A stretch of 64,000 bases of DNA from Octopus sinensis (Eukaryota). The position numbers were made by a program, and so were the translations under genes. Positions 50,420-64,000 of this stretch are shown one piece after another. The stretch is taken from NCBI RefSeq assembly GCF_006345805.1, contig NC_043002.1, forward strand, positions 97,960,001-98,024,000, written 5' to 3'. Below the pieces are notes generated by a model, which saw nothing but the letters and a program-made list of their open reading frames with translations, was not told the DNA's origin and ran no database searches. How positions within the stretch are numbered: position 1 is the first letter of the stretch; the number at the start of each line of letters is the position of its first letter.

Positions 50420-51288
50420 TGTCATCCCTTTTGTTTATTGTCTAAAGTTGATGTCTGAATTATATTACAAAGTTTTTTTTTGTTTTTATTTTTTTTAATA
50501 ATTCTAACTTTTGCACCAGAGCAGAGCAGAGCAGACCAGACCAGCAATTCTGAGGGTCGGGATAAGTTGATCAGAGACAACCTAGTACTTGACTGGCTCT
50601 TTATTTTTTCGGCCCCTAAAAGCTAAAAGCAAAGTTGACCCTGGAGTATTTGTACTCAGAGCATAAAGTGCCGGAAGGACTACCGCAAAGCATTTCTTCC
50701 GATGCTTTAACAGCTCTACCAGCTCACCGCCCGACCAAATTTTCTCTGAATAATAGAAATTATTTCTGACTTAGATGCAAGGCCAGAGATTGTAGATGAA
50801 GGATTATTTGATTAAATCGATCCCAGTACTTAACTGATACTTCACCTCAGAAATATGAAAAGGATAGGTGACATCGGTGGGATTTCGAATTGGTACATAC
50901 AGAGCCTGAATTAATACCGTAAGGCATTTTATCCAACGTTTTTACGTCGGACAAAAACGCTAATCCATAAATCCATGCAATAGGATCGAACCCAGTGCGT
51001 CATGATTGCAATGCAAACCTTTTAACCACTCGGCCAATAATTGCTTATAGGGAAACAATGCCCTCGAATTTTGAGGGATAGGAACAATCGATTATATGGA
51101 TTCTAGTACTAGACTGATATCTTATTTTTATTGATCTCAGAAGGGTGAAGAGCAAAGCTGTCTACAGTGATTTGAACTCAAATCGTAAAGAACCGGAACA
51201 ACTATAACACGGCATTTCATCCTGCGCACTTGTGATTCCACCAATCCATTCCTGCCACTGATAATGATGATGATGATTATGATGAAGT

Positions 51289-51322
<34 letters not shown>

Positions 51323-51326
51323 CTCA

Positions 51327-51596
51327 TATGAAAATTGTTCGAAAAAAGTTGTTCGAAAACAATTAGTCGAAACACAGCTATTCGAAATAAATATCAGTTG
51401 TATACTTAATTTTTAATTTTATCATTTTTGTTTAGATAAAATTTTTAAAAAATTAGAATAATTAGCATTTCGTATAATTATCCTTTTGAATAATTTTCAT
51501 TCATACAATTTCCATTCGAATAAATGTTTTTTTTTTTTTTGAATAATTATTTTCGAATAACTGTTTTCAAACAATTATTTTCGAACAATGTTCATA
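51327..51596. mobile_element. Fold-back MITE with TTCGAA-rich repetitive TIRs
   Basis: ~45-bp imperfect inverted termini tatgaa(a/c)attgttcgaaaa..., flanked by (GAT)n. Confidence 0.55.
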
Positions 51597-51661
51597 CAAT
51601 CGATAATGCTGCTGCTGATGATGATGAAGATGATGATAATAATAATATAATAATAATAATA

Positions 51662-51710
<49 letters not shown>

Positions 51711-51715
51711 CCTTA

Positions 51716-51900
51716 CTACTAAAGGCACAAGGCCTAAAATTTTAGGGGAGGTATTAAGTCGATTACATCGACCCCAGTACTCAACTGGTATTTAATTTAT
51801 CGGCCCCGACCCCGAAAGGATGAAAGACAAAAATCAACCTCGGCGGAATTTGAACCCAGAATGTAAAGATGAGTGAAATGCCGCTAAGCATTTTGCCCGG
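51716..51900 (-). mobile_element. Older SINE family 2 copy with alternative tail
   Basis: Central gtcgattacatcgacccc and gaaaggatgaaag blocks; tail aaggcacaaggcctaaaatttt, also seen near 35272-35390. Confidence 0.65.
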
Positions 51901-52100
51901 AAGAAGAAGAAGAAGAAGAAGAAGAAGAAGAACAAGAAGAAGAACAAGAACAAGAAGAACAAGAACAAGAAGAAGAACAAGAAGAACAAGAAGAAGAAGA
52001 AGAAGAAGAAAAAGAAGAAGAACAACAACAACAAGAACAAGAAGAAGAAGAAGAACCAGAAGAACAAGAAGAAAGATGATGATGATGATGATGATGATGA
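51900..52100. repeat. (AGA)n/(AGAACA)n/(GAT)n compound microsatellite
   Basis: Direct reading. Confidence 0.95.
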
Positions 52101-52490
52101 TAAGGAAGAGGAGTGGGAAGAAGGACAATGACAAAGAAGAATTATAATGATATCATCTCCGAACTGAAAACTGGAAGTAAATCGCGAAATGGTATTAACA
52201 GACAATAATTTCCAATTTTGAGTGATAGTAACTCAGTTTGTTACTACAGTGCTTAAGTGCTGAAGTTCATAGTAATAATTTCTCTCTTAGGCACATGACA
52301 TTTTTACGTTTACAAGCTGAAGAGTAAAACGGATCTTACGACCTGATCGATGCACTTTTTAGAATGACGAAGTGCAAAAGCAATCGTACTCGTATCACGA
52401 ACTCAAAATGCAAAGGGACATTACTAAATACAGTAGTAAAACATTTAATTTGCCAATTTACCAATTCTACCACTTAATTCTTATGCTTTA

Positions 52491-52887
52491 CTAGCAGTAT
52501 CGTCCGGCATTGCTCGGGTTTGTAAGGGAAATAACTATATAAGCATTTTTAGAGATGTAAAGTATAATAGCCATCTCAATATGGCTAACCACAAAGGCGG
52601 GGTGTTACTGTAGCTTTTTACGTTCTGAGATTTAATAATAAATTTTTAGAGAGTTACTTCCCTTATATATGCCAAAAATGCATTAAAAATGGGAAAAATG
52701 GATGGTGAATTTTTTTTTTAAATCGTAGACTCATCGTAGACGCGCGCTAATACCCAGAAGTGCTCGAGATGAACCATGACTATAAGATACCCGGTTTTGG
52801 TTAAACTGCACCGCAAAATGTGGGAGCAGTTAGGAATCTAAATCGTAGGAGACAGACAGCACACAACCTAACTTTTATATATAAAGA
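52491..52887 (-). mobile_element. Non-autonomous Helitron, family A
   Basis: Near-identical to the other three copies; same termini. Confidence 0.8.
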
Positions 52888-54204
52888 TTACTACTGCGAA
52901 AATAAAGGATTTAGACACATGTCTAAACTGGAGACTGTACTGAAGGAAGACAGTCGCTTCTAGCTTTAAGTATGTTGAGGAGGATTTGTTTTAAGGATAT
53001 GTTCTAGCTTTAAGTATGTTGAGGAGGATATTTCTATATAATTCTTTTATTCTTTTCCTTCTATTTCTATATTCTAAAGAATTCAGAACGGTTCAGGAAA
53101 CAAGACATGACCAATATATAATCCAAAACTTTAACTCAATGTCTTGCCACTTACGTGTATTTCAAGACCCCTTTACGACACAAACTGTGTATATTTAGAT
53201 ACCCAACATTTTGAATGTTCTTCTGGCTCAGTCCGACAATATAAAACAACTTAACACTAAACTCTATCATAACCAAAGTTGGGTTATGAATAATCAGAAA
53301 CGACAGTCTGTTAATGTCATCAAATTCTACGATATACTTCCGGTTTTCACTTCGGGGATGATTTCATTATAATTAAATATTGTTTTTCATAGAAACACTT
53401 AACTTCTTGTTTAACATTCGAGTATATATATATATTTTTTTTTATTTCATGACTTTGTCTTTTTACACAAGGGTTTGGAAAATGCCATGATATTTTCTAA
53501 AATTTTTCATTTAATCCAAAATCTCAAATTCCTCTATTACTGAATTTCACTTGCTCCATACATAAATCCTGCTACTACGCTCCATTTCCAACGCCATATT
53601 ATTAAACCTCTATGCGCTTTACTAAATGATACAACGCAAACGATGACTCACATACAGTGGCAAATAATGTTGATGGTAGTGGTGGTGGTGATGGGGAAAC
53701 TTGGCTGGAGTGTAATGGAGGGAGCTATGTTTTTGAGGGTTATGATAATGTTACTTGTAATAAACTTCTGTAGCTACATTAGCGAGCTTAGTCACTGGCC
53801 TGGACCGATGTCAACTGAATCCTATTCGAACTGTATCACTTCCTGTTGTCTCATTACTGAAATATATATTTTCTATACTGGGGAAACAAAACGTAAACAC
53901 CCTCCTCTCATACTCCGGCGTTTACACACACACACATACAAACACACACACACACACACACACAACACACATGTGTATGTGCATGTATATATACATACAT
54001 ATGCATGCATATACAAATATTACATATACACATACATGTGAAATATATGCGTATACATACATACATACATACACACACATATAGATGCATATATTCGTAA
54101 ATGTATATGTATGTATGTATGTATTATGTATGTATGTATGTATGTATGTATGTATGTATGTATGTTTGAATGTATGTATGTATGCATATATATGTGTGTG
54201 TGGA

Positions 54205-54445
54205 TGAGTGGCTTAGTGGTTAGGATGTTGCACTCATGACGTAAGTCTGTAGCGTCGAATCCTCCACCGTATTGTGCTCTTGAACAAAACACTTCATTTC
54301 ATGTTGCTCCAGTCCACTCGGCTGGCAAAAATGTGTAATCTAATAATTTTCTGATGGATCAGCGTCCCGTCCAAGGTGGGAAGGAGTTGTTATATACGCC
54401 ACAGAATCGAGAAAATCGGCCTTATGAACCTATGGCTGGGGAAAT
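54205..54445 (+). mobile_element. Degenerate tRNA-derived SINE
   Basis: GGCTTAGTGGTTAGG head; tail gcgtcccgtccaaggtggg...cggccttatga shared with 25402-25709. Confidence 0.55.
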
Positions 54446-54477
54446 CGGCCTTTGATCCTCTTTGATAAAGATATAGC

Positions 54478-55195
54478 GCATTTGTCCATCGGTGATGGAT
54501 GAAGACCATGACTATAGACATGCAATTTAATAGTGTTTCATGTGTATGTAGATGGTTAATGGGGCTAATTCTGGCCACATGTAGGACACATGTGGCCTGT
54601 GGTTTCATTCGCGATTCCAGCTGATCATGCTTTGTGGAGCTTACGTTTGCTTTTCGATGCTTAATGCCTGTCTTTTAGAATTGTTAGTCATGGTGATGAG
54701 AGCGTGTTCTGTTTTGAGCTAGGTTTTTTTCCAGGATTCTTTGTAAATGCCCATAGTTTTTTCAATTTATTTCTGTTGTGTCCTCGAACTCTTTGTCTTT
54801 CCCTCCGCTGTTCCCATCGTTGTACCAAGCTTCTTACAGAGTGGTTGCTTTAATATGCACATGTTATTTAGGACATGCCCATCGAACTTGGTTATTTTGC
54901 AAGAGAGTATGTATTGCTTTCTCTGTTGAAGTAATTTTGTGTTTGGAATAACGTCATGTCATTTAATATGGAACTTCATCCATCTCGTGGTACCTTCTGC
55001 AGAAGGTTCATTCATGTTTCGCAGGTCCAGTGAAACGCTCTGTGTACGAGTGCTTGGTAGACATTCAGCTTGGTGGTGACACTTATACCCTAGGATTCAC
55101 TAGCCGTTGAGCATAGTTTCCCAAAACTTGAATTCACTTTGGCTCTCCAAGAACTGCTGCCATCAACCATGTGAGATATATCTGGAACCAGCAGT
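54478..55195 (-). mobile_element. Decayed RTE-clade LINE 3' fragment
   Basis: Minus-strand remnants FDGHVL, KQPL, KESWKK and C-terminal HMCPTCG zinc-finger-like motif. Confidence 0.6.
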
Positions 55196-55199
55196 GTAG

Positions 55200-56460
55200 A
55201 TGAGATTCTAGGACAATTGCGTTCTGGACAATTGCGTACCAGTCAATTGCGTCCCTGTACATTTACGTCCCTAGACAAATGTGTCCCTGGACAATTGTGT
55301 CCCTGTATTATTTTCAAATTTTATTTATCTTTTTTGCAGGTGTATTGCTTGTTTATTTGGAACAATTGATTATCAAAGCTAATTGTAAATAAACACATCT
55401 AATAACTCTACACAAGAGAATAGGTAATAATAAATATTTTAAAGAGAAAGAAGAGAAATAAAAGAGTTTAAAATTTACAATTTCGTTTTTGCTTAAAAAA
55501 GGGAAAATAGATTAACAATATCAAAAGATATTTCAAGATTTAAAAATTATTGTAGTTTCACAAATAAATCAAAAGGTGTGAAAGTTGTGAGCCATTCTTT
55601 TCAAGAAATTTATGTTGTTTTCAGGAGTATATTTATCTAATAACGCCATGATTCTCTTAGTTGCTGTTTTAATTTGTTGCCGTACTAGAATTCCTCTAAG
55701 AAAGTCCTTTATTTTTTTTAAGGCAATAGCCTCCTCCTTTTTCAGTGTCTCAATCAGTTTCCATTTAGAGGGGTGTTGGCACGATAATGAATACTGCAAA
55801 GCATTGTGCAATCCCTCTAAGCTGTTATTAGATCTAGGCTACTGATTTATAACCCTTTCTGGAAAATTCCAAGATTCGATAGAAAAAATTGATCTCATCC
55901 TTATCCCTCTCCTGCCTCTTGCTTGGCCAATGTACGTCATTTCAAATTAAGACGGTAGATTCTGGAGGCAAATCACAGTCATCGGACAAGTCAATAAAAC
56001 CGTCGACAACGTCAATTAAAGGAAATGATAATGCGGCAAGACATCTAATTTTCAAATTAAATGCTTCATCTTCTCTCTACCGTTGTCTTAATGCTAGGTC
56101 ACAGTTTTTCTTGAAAATAGACTTAGATAAATGAATGAGATATGAACTTATTGTTACTTCTGGACACTTTTCTACAAAACCTTTCTGAGCTCCTATTTCA
56201 AAGTCTGTCAACAAAGATTTTACATTAAGTTGCGGTTTGAGTTGCAACAAATATGTGAATTGATGAACATCTGTTTCGTTTGTCTTACCCTGAAGAAGCG
56301 CAAAAACTCTGGGAATACTAAATGCATCTTCTTTGATATGGATACAATAAAGTCCTTAATATATTGATGGACTAACTTTGAAGGTACCATTTGTTGCCTA
56401 ATAAAGGAAAATTTATCAAATCTTCCGAGCCATCTTCTGTCGTAGATATTAGTATTTTAT
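55200..56460 (-). mobile_element. Mutator-like (MULE) transposon remnant with repetitive terminus
   Basis: NGTFKVSP, IPRVFALLQGKT, LTDFEIGA, HLSKSI, SNNSLEGLHNAL, HPSKWKLIETLKKEE; GGACAATTG(C/T)GTCC repeats at 55210-55305. Confidence 0.8.
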
Positions 56461-57270
56461 ATCGACTCCTTACTTGTTTTTCTAAAATGCACCATAAATA
56501 TTCAATAATATTGAGATCTGGCGACTGGTAGTCAGATAAGATATTCAACGTCTCTAGAATGTTCCTCATGCCATTCAGTAACAACTTAAAGTGTGTGCGT
56601 TGGTACATTATCATCCTGAAAGATTGCGTTTCCTTCCGGAAACAGTTCTGCAAGCATAGAATGGATTTGATCACATAAAATGCTTAAATAGTCTTGACTA
56701 TTAATTCTGCCATGAAGGAAAATCATTGGGCAGGCGGATTTCCAAGATATAGCCACCCCCCCGCCCACCAGATCATTACAGATCCTCCTCCATGTTTAAC
56801 TGTTGGAAGAAGGCAGTCTGGGTCAGATGCTTCTTTTGGCTGTCTCTACACGTATACTCGGCCGGTGGTTGGAAATAAGGGAAATGATGACTCGTCCAAG
56901 AAAATAACATTCTTCCACTGCTCTAGGGACCAATTCTGTAGGATTTTACTCCACTCTAAACGTTTGCAACGTTTGTTTGTGAACGTGGTGGTTTTCTGAT
57001 TGCAGTCTTCCCTTGAAATCCGGCTTTGTGCAGCTCCTGGCGAATAGTTTTTGTGGGAAATGGGTTCTCAAGGTGGTCATTAAGCTCAGCAGTAATTTTG
57101 GAAGCTGTACTTTTGTGATCCTTTCTAACAATTCGCGTAACTGCCCGACGGTCCCTATCTGAAAGTTTTGGTTTTCTTCCTGAGTTTTTTTTTCGACGAG
57201 GAGGTGTTTCCCTCTTTCTCAAAAGCTGTCATTACTTTGGAGACAGTATATTGAAGCTGAGTCATTTCTA
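56461..57270 (-). mobile_element. Tc1-like transposase pseudogene
   Basis: SGRKPKLSDRDRR, VIFLDES, TVKHGGGSVM, IFQDDN, QSPDLNIIEYLW (DDE triad), with frameshifts. Confidence 0.85.
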
Positions 57271-57443
57271 TATAAGACCTTCACAAGAATGAAATAGGAA
57301 ATTTGAAAATTTAGTATTTAGATTAGAACCACCGAGCTTAATAACCTATGGAAAGTCATAACAACCTTTCCTTGTATAAATATAAAGAAACATTGCTGTT
57401 TATGTTGAACTTATTCATTTGGGCTTCCTGTTTAGAATGCGTT

Positions 57444-57864
57444 TACTCTTTTACTCTTTTACTTGTTTCAGTCATTTGACTGCGGCCATGCTGGAGCACC
57501 GCCTTTAGTCGAGTAACTCGACCCTGGGACTTATTCTTTTGTAAGCCCAGTACTTATTCTATCGGTCTCTTTTGCCGAACCGCTAAGTAACGGGGAAATA
57601 AACACACCAGCATCGGTTGTCAAGCAATGCTAGGAAGACAAACACAGACACACAAACACACACGCATATATATATATATATATATATGTATATACATATA
57701 TACGACGGGCTTCTTTCAGTTTCCGTCTACCAAATCCACTCACAAGGATTTGGTCGGCCCGAGGCTATAGCAGAAGACACTTACCCAAGGTGCCACGCAG
57801 TGGGACTGAACCCGGAACCATGTGGTTGGTAAACAAGCTACTTACCACACAGCCACTCCTGCGC
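57444..57864 (-). mobile_element. SINE family 1, full length
   Basis: Matches the family consensus. Confidence 0.85.
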
Positions 57865-58262
57865 TTATGTTTAGTTGAGTTGTTTTTTTTTTTGTACTAC
57901 AGTGATTGTAGAAGTCCATGCTATAAAGTGTTTGTTGCTGCAGATTAAATCACACCAAGATTTTTTTAAAAATTAATGCTTCACCCTCGTTTGCTTAGTC
58001 AGTTAATGACACATTCATATGTGTATGTTTGAGTGTGTATGCGTGTGGGTATGTGCGTATATGTGTGCTTGCATGCGTGTGTTTATCTGCATGTGGGTGT
58101 TTGTGTGTGTATGTGTGCACGCATATATATATAATATATATAATATATATATATTATATATTATATATATATATATATAAATGTATGTATATATGTATGT
58201 CTGTATATATATTGGTATGCATATGTGTGTGTGCGTGTATGCAAATATATATATATATTATG

Positions 58263-58326
<64 letters not shown>

Positions 58327-58499
58327 AATGTATATATATATGTATTATATATATATATATATATATATATTATGTATATATAAATGTATATATATATGTA
58401 TGTATATATAAATGTATATAATGTATGTATACATGTATGTATATAGATATGCATATATATATATGCATGTATGTATGTATGTACATATATATATATATG

Positions 58500-58565
<66 letters not shown>

Positions 58566-58569
58566 ATAC

Positions 58570-58790
58570 GCTTTTACTCTTTTACTTGTCTCAGTAACTT
58601 GAGTGCGGCCATGCTGGAGCACCACCTATCGTCAAACAAATCGACCCCAGCACTTCTTCTTTGTAAGTCTTGTACTAATTCTATCGGTCTATTTTGCCGA
58701 ACCGCTAATTTACGGGGGCGTAAACACACCAGCACCGGTTGTCAGGCGATGTTGGGGGGACAAATACAGGCACACAAGCATATACACACA
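58570..58790 (-). mobile_element. SINE family 1, 3' half
   Basis: Tail and body up to the internal microsatellite. Confidence 0.75.
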
Positions 58791-59130
58791 CTCACACGCA
58801 CGCATACACACACATACACACACACAGACACCACACACACACACACAGCGTGTTTGCATGTGGATGAAGAAGTATGCTTCTCCTCCCTCTCGTACGTTTT
58901 TCAATATACTGAATACCTTGGGTTACAAACTGATGTGGATAAATGAAGGTAAATATATTTTATAGTTATATATTGTTCTTAAAATATGGTATATACAACT
59001 GAAGATCGGAAAATATGCTTCTAAATTAAATTAACATACATATGCATAATTTGCCGCTATCGACCCAGCAACATATTAGGAAGCGATTCTGAATGTGGAT
59101 AAAGAAGTGTGTTTCTTCTCCGTGTCTTAC

Positions 59131-59165
<35 letters not shown>

Positions 59166-59174
<9 letters not shown>

Positions 59175-59440
59175 TAGAGAAGAACCACTATTATGCAATT
59201 GAACAATGATAACATATAGAAAAAATAAAACATATGATAAAACATTTACCTAGATTACAATAATCTACATAATAATAAATAAACAGTATATAATTAGTAA
59301 AAAGACTACATACGTTTCGTGGCTATATCTTCAATCCGAATTACAATTAAATTTAAATTTAATCGATCCAAAAACAATTCAATTAAAAAGTATATTCACT
59401 GTTTGAATTGCATAATTGTGGTTTTTCTCTAATTTATATA
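59166..59440. repeat. Fold-back element with ~45-bp inverted arms within (TA)n
   Basis: tataaattagagaa(g/a)aaccac(t/a)attatgcaatt... at both ends; related pieces at 11012-11098, 12998-13090 and 59470-59510. Confidence 0.65.
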
Positions 59441-59531
59441 TATATATAATATATATATATTGTGAACTTGATTTAATACTAAATTGAATTTTTCCCTGTA
59501 AGTTTGGAGTTACACCCATAATATTATTATC

Positions 59532-59604
<73 letters not shown>

Positions 59605-59645
59605 AGTGATATAGAGAGTTAGAGACAGACAGACAGATACATAAG

Positions 59646-59677
<32 letters not shown>

Positions 59678-59698
59678 AAGACAGACAGACAGACAGAC

Positions 59699-59771
<73 letters not shown>

Positions 59772-61151
59772 CGTATGTATCTCTTTGCGTGCTTCTGTAA
59801 GTTTAAATAGGAATGTAAAAATGTGTGACGCATTTGTTTTGAATCCAAACTCATATTCCATTCTTGGACATCTTGGATCAGATGGTTTGTTGTACCCTTA
59901 AACTTCATTTCATATTGTTCCAGTCAAGCCATTTTGGCCTGAAAGTAACTTCTTCACATTCTTCAACTGTACTCAGAAACCTTGGAAAGTTTCACAATCT
60001 CTGTACTTCTCTGACTAAGCGAGAAGCAAAAATGAAGAAAAAAAACTACGTGCCGAAATTTCGCACGGAAACTGTAGTTTAAAAGTGGTTTCTACAGAAA
60101 TATTTCTAAGTTTTTCAAAATAAATTTACAAACTTTCTTATGTTCATACTGAGATCAAAATAACAAATTAGTGAGCCAAAAAAAAATTAACGTATTATAT
60201 ATTACATATTTCCATTTAAAACATTCCATAAAATATTTCCGTACGTTTCAATTCTTACTAAACATGTCTTTTATTTCATGTTTACCGAGTGTTTGTTTTA
60301 TTATGTTTATCATTCCTTTAGAGAAATGATATAAATATTCCAATGCGAAAATATCTGAAAATATACAAATAAGAGCAAATGTATATGATTATTTATATGA
60401 TATTACATATAGATGCTTGCGCGCGCGCACACACATACACACACACTCACTCATACAAAGGTATTGTGTATAATGAAAACTAAAGCGAATAGACACTTGA
60501 AAATAGAAAAAATAGGTCGTGTGTATGCGTGCAATATAACATGGGAGGCTGTTTATAAAATATTTACTTACGCTATCTTACGCACGTTTCATTAACACAA
60601 TGTAAATTACATAATCAAGTCCTATTGTTAAATCGTTAGAGAAGTGTAACATTTATACGTAACAGTAGATTGTAGAAAGGTCAAAATCACCCATTCTGGA
60701 CATGGAGAGCAACTATTGGGAATTAATAAAGGGAAGCAGTTTATATTTGGTATCAGATTATGGATATTCACATTCAAGATTGAAGAAGACAGGAGATTTA
60801 ATATTCACTCACTCGTACTCTCAGATATACATATACATATGCGTGTGGTGTGTGTGTGTGTGGTGTGTGTGTGTGTGTGTGGTGTGTGTGTGTTGTGTGT
60901 GTGTGTGTGTGTGTGTGTGTGAGTGTGTGTGCGTAAGTGTCTCTATATGTGTTTTTTATATATTATGAATGTATAGTAGTCTTTATGAGTGTGTGTGTAT
61001 GTGTGCGTGCGCTCACCATACATACACTTGCATGTTATAGAGGCTTATGGACAATAGACTGGACGCTAATTTGTTTATTTTACTGATGTTCTATTCAATT
61101 ATCGCGCTCTTATTTTCTGAACTGACTCACCCACAAACACATATATGTGCG

Positions 61152-61185
<34 letters not shown>

Positions 61186-61257
61186 AATGCATGCATATAG
61201 ACACAAACACTCACACACACACTCATGTACATGACGAAAGAGCTTAGAGAAAAACAC

Positions 61258-61308
<51 letters not shown>

Positions 61309-61564
61309 GCTGAAGTGAAGACCAAGTACATAGTGCGTGTGTTTAATTAGCAAAGATATGACCATCCCCAAATATAACAATGTACATAGATACATATACA
61401 TCTGTGCTCATCTGTACATGTGTGTACGGACACGCACACGCACACACATACACACATACACACACATATATATATACGAATGTAAGTGTGTATACGTGTT
61501 GTAAGCATAAATTTTTTATCATTATTGTATCATACGTTTTTTGATGTCCTGTACCCGTATATGG

Positions 61565-61947
61565 AGGAAGCACTCCGTCGGTTACGACGACGAGGGTTCC
61601 GTTGATCCGAATCAACGGAACAGCCTGCTCGTGAAATTAACGTGTAAGTGGCTGAGCACTCCACAGACACGTGTACCCTTAACGTAGTTCTCGGGGATAT
61701 TCAGCGTTGACACAGAGAGTGACAAGGCCGGCCCTTTGAAATACAGGTACAACAGAAACAGGAAGTAAGAGTGAGAGAAAGTTGTGGTGAAAGAGTACAG
61801 CAGGGATCACCACCATCCCCTGCCGGAGCCTCGTGGAGCTTTAGGTGTTTTCGCTCAATAAACACTCACAACGCTCGGTCTGGGAATCGAAACCGCGATC
61901 GTATGACCGCGAGTCCGCTGCCCTAACCACTGGGCCATTGCGCCTCC
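61565..61947 (-). mobile_element. SINE family 3, full length
   Basis: Head GGAGGCGCAATGGCCCAGTGG; TSD tgtaccc(g/a)tatatg on both sides. Confidence 0.85.
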
Positions 61948-62271
61948 TGTACCCATATATGCATGTATATATACATGTATATGTAAGTACATATATGTAT
62001 GTATATATGCATATATTTATATTATATATATATATGTATGTAGTTATACCTACATATACATATATGTATGTACGTATGTATATATGCATGTGCATACATA
62101 CACATACATATATATATGTATATGTATGCCCATATGTGTGTAAGTTTAAGGGCGTGCGGACGAATATTATTGTGCATATACATATACATATATATACATG
62201 TGCATGTGTATACATATATATATATAGGTATGTTTATATGAAGAAATATATAACCAGGTGCCTATCTATCT

Positions 62272-62366
<95 letters not shown>

Positions 62367-62368
62367 AT

Positions 62369-62411
<43 letters not shown>

Positions 62412-62774
62412 CTTCAAATCATTTCCTCTCTGTTCATCACAGTTTATAGTGCTAGCAAATTAAATTAATGCATCTTTCAACGCCAACATCCGTTGCCAGA
62501 TGTTCACATAAAACATGTTCACCATGTTGGCATTCAAAACAAAACAAATAGACCAACTAGCGGCCTGTATGTTTTATTATGATTTATAAAAGATATGCAG
62601 GCCCCACAATATTCTTTTTGAATCTGTCCGAGAGAAAAAAAAACAGACCAGGTGCCCAATACCAATGCATATAACAGACTGGATTTCGTAAATATATCCT
62701 AGTAGTTTGAGCGGATTTTAACTAGGACATGGATTAAGTTAAATAATCAAGAAAAGAAATGTTCCTTCTAAGAG

Positions 62775-63022
62775 CAGTGGCTATGAACCGGGGTCCATAT
62801 GAACATCGTGGGGTTCATATAACATTTTTTTGAAAATTTATGAGAAATAAAATTGTTTATACTTCTATAATGCACAAAATATTTCGACCATTTTTATACA
62901 ATTCTACATAATATTCAGTTATAAAAATATAGGATTTTATTTAAATATCGAATGGCTTTGGAGGTCCAATAGAGTAAAATAGGAATCAATAGGCAAAAAA
63001 AAAAAATAGTTGAGGATTGTTG
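62775..63022. mobile_element. hAT-like MITE, diverged
   Basis: CAGTGGCTATGAACC start; flanks ttctaagag and ttcttagag resemble a TSD. Confidence 0.5.
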
Positions 63023-63280
63023 TTCTTAGAGGTTGCTACCAAATTCCATTCACAAGTTTATCGACATTCGGAAACTACGGTAAAAGTTACATTTTACCAA
63101 ATATCTGTGTGGTAGTGTTGAACAGGGAATCACCCAAATTTAACTTCTTAACCAAGCAGCCTACAGCTGAATGGTTGCAGTAATACACTAAATTCATAAT
63201 AAGTTTATAAATGAAATTTTAGAGATGTACTCGCACAGCAAGTGACCTGATCTGAGATCGTGTGCTGGAACGAAAACAAT

Positions 63281-63470
63281 TGCAGCGTGGAAGGTGTTTA
63301 TAAGCTATTTAAGAAACACACAAAATTCCGTGCTGCACGGAATTTTGTCAGTGAACAGGTCGCGGTCTCAAAGCGACGAAAATATTTTGGCAAATTAAAT
63401 TTAAATGTTGAAGTGAATCTAACGGTTTTTGTGTGTTTCTTAAATGGCTTATAAACACCTTCCACACTGC
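63281..63470. repeat. Fold-back element with ~48-bp arms enclosing a 12-bp hairpin and a hammerhead variant
   Basis: gcag(c/t)gtggaaggtgtttataagc(t/c)atttaagaaacacacaaaa arms; caaaattccgtg-ctg-cacggaattttg hairpin; motif at 63344-63394. Confidence 0.8.
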
Positions 63471-64000
63471 GAAAGAAATTTTGTTTTAAATTATTAATCG
63501 TATGATCACACACCTACTGTCGGGTTTTGAGCACGTTTTTGATCTCGTTGCTGTTGTATTATTCAAATATATTATATTAGCAAAATTTCTGAATCCCACC
63601 TCATTTTCTGTTGGTTGGGTCTGTAGAAAGGGAGTGTGCATATGGGCCTCGCAGACCTTCCTAAACTGGTGAGATCGACGAAGTAAAGTTTCCTTTTGAA
63701 TATCTCCAAGATGACGATAACAGGAAGCAAATGTACAGAGTAAGAATTCCAGTGGAACTATGTTCTGGAAAGAAAGAAATGAGAATAGTTGTTAGAATGG
63801 GGTCTGAAAAGGAGATGACACAATATGGATGACGAAAGACTTCGGTTCAGATAGGGAGAAACGACAAAAGTGTACTGGTAAGTGTTAAGTCCCCACCGTT
63901 TCCTGTATTAAATTCTTATGGAAACAGAAGAGGATTACAAAGCAGAACAACGGTTTTGATGTTGTTAGTGTTGTTGTTTCGGCCAGGCCTGCTCTGAACG

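Noticed and set aside
59301-59340. Minus-strand TTGAAGA...GAAACGTATGTA hammerhead-like motif
   Set aside because: U3/G8 is not a compensatory pair, and stems I and II do not pair.
61860-61947. tRNA genes (also at 3093, 4230, 19656, 38131)
   Set aside because: A/B-box heads continue into SINE bodies and lack a complete cloverleaf acceptor stem.

Overview
Eukaryotic, AT-rich, microsatellite-saturated DNA. The SINE types and repeat landscape point to an octopus (inference). No host protein-coding gene could be supported, and most ORFs in the track are translations of simple repeats. The window is a mosaic of mobile elements: a decayed Tx1/L1-clade LINE ORF2 sitting in (CTAT)n, two Penelope-like (PLE) pieces, RTE LINE 3' fragments, two mariners, a Tc1/MULE junction, non-autonomous Helitrons, MITEs, and at least three tRNA-derived SINE families, including SINE trimer and heptamer arrays each inside one target-site duplication. 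A 100-N gap lies at 30358-30457. The main discovery is a set of type I hammerhead-ribozyme motifs read by eye. One delimits a non-coding, internally base-paired 479-nt unit with a snap-back hairpin exactly at the predicted cleavage site (18717-19385), a retrozyme-like candidate circular-RNA retroelement. Another has a long rod-like stem II (152-235), and others carry compensatory U3-A8 and G3-C8 catalytic cores. All folds were paired manually; nothing was computed or searched.
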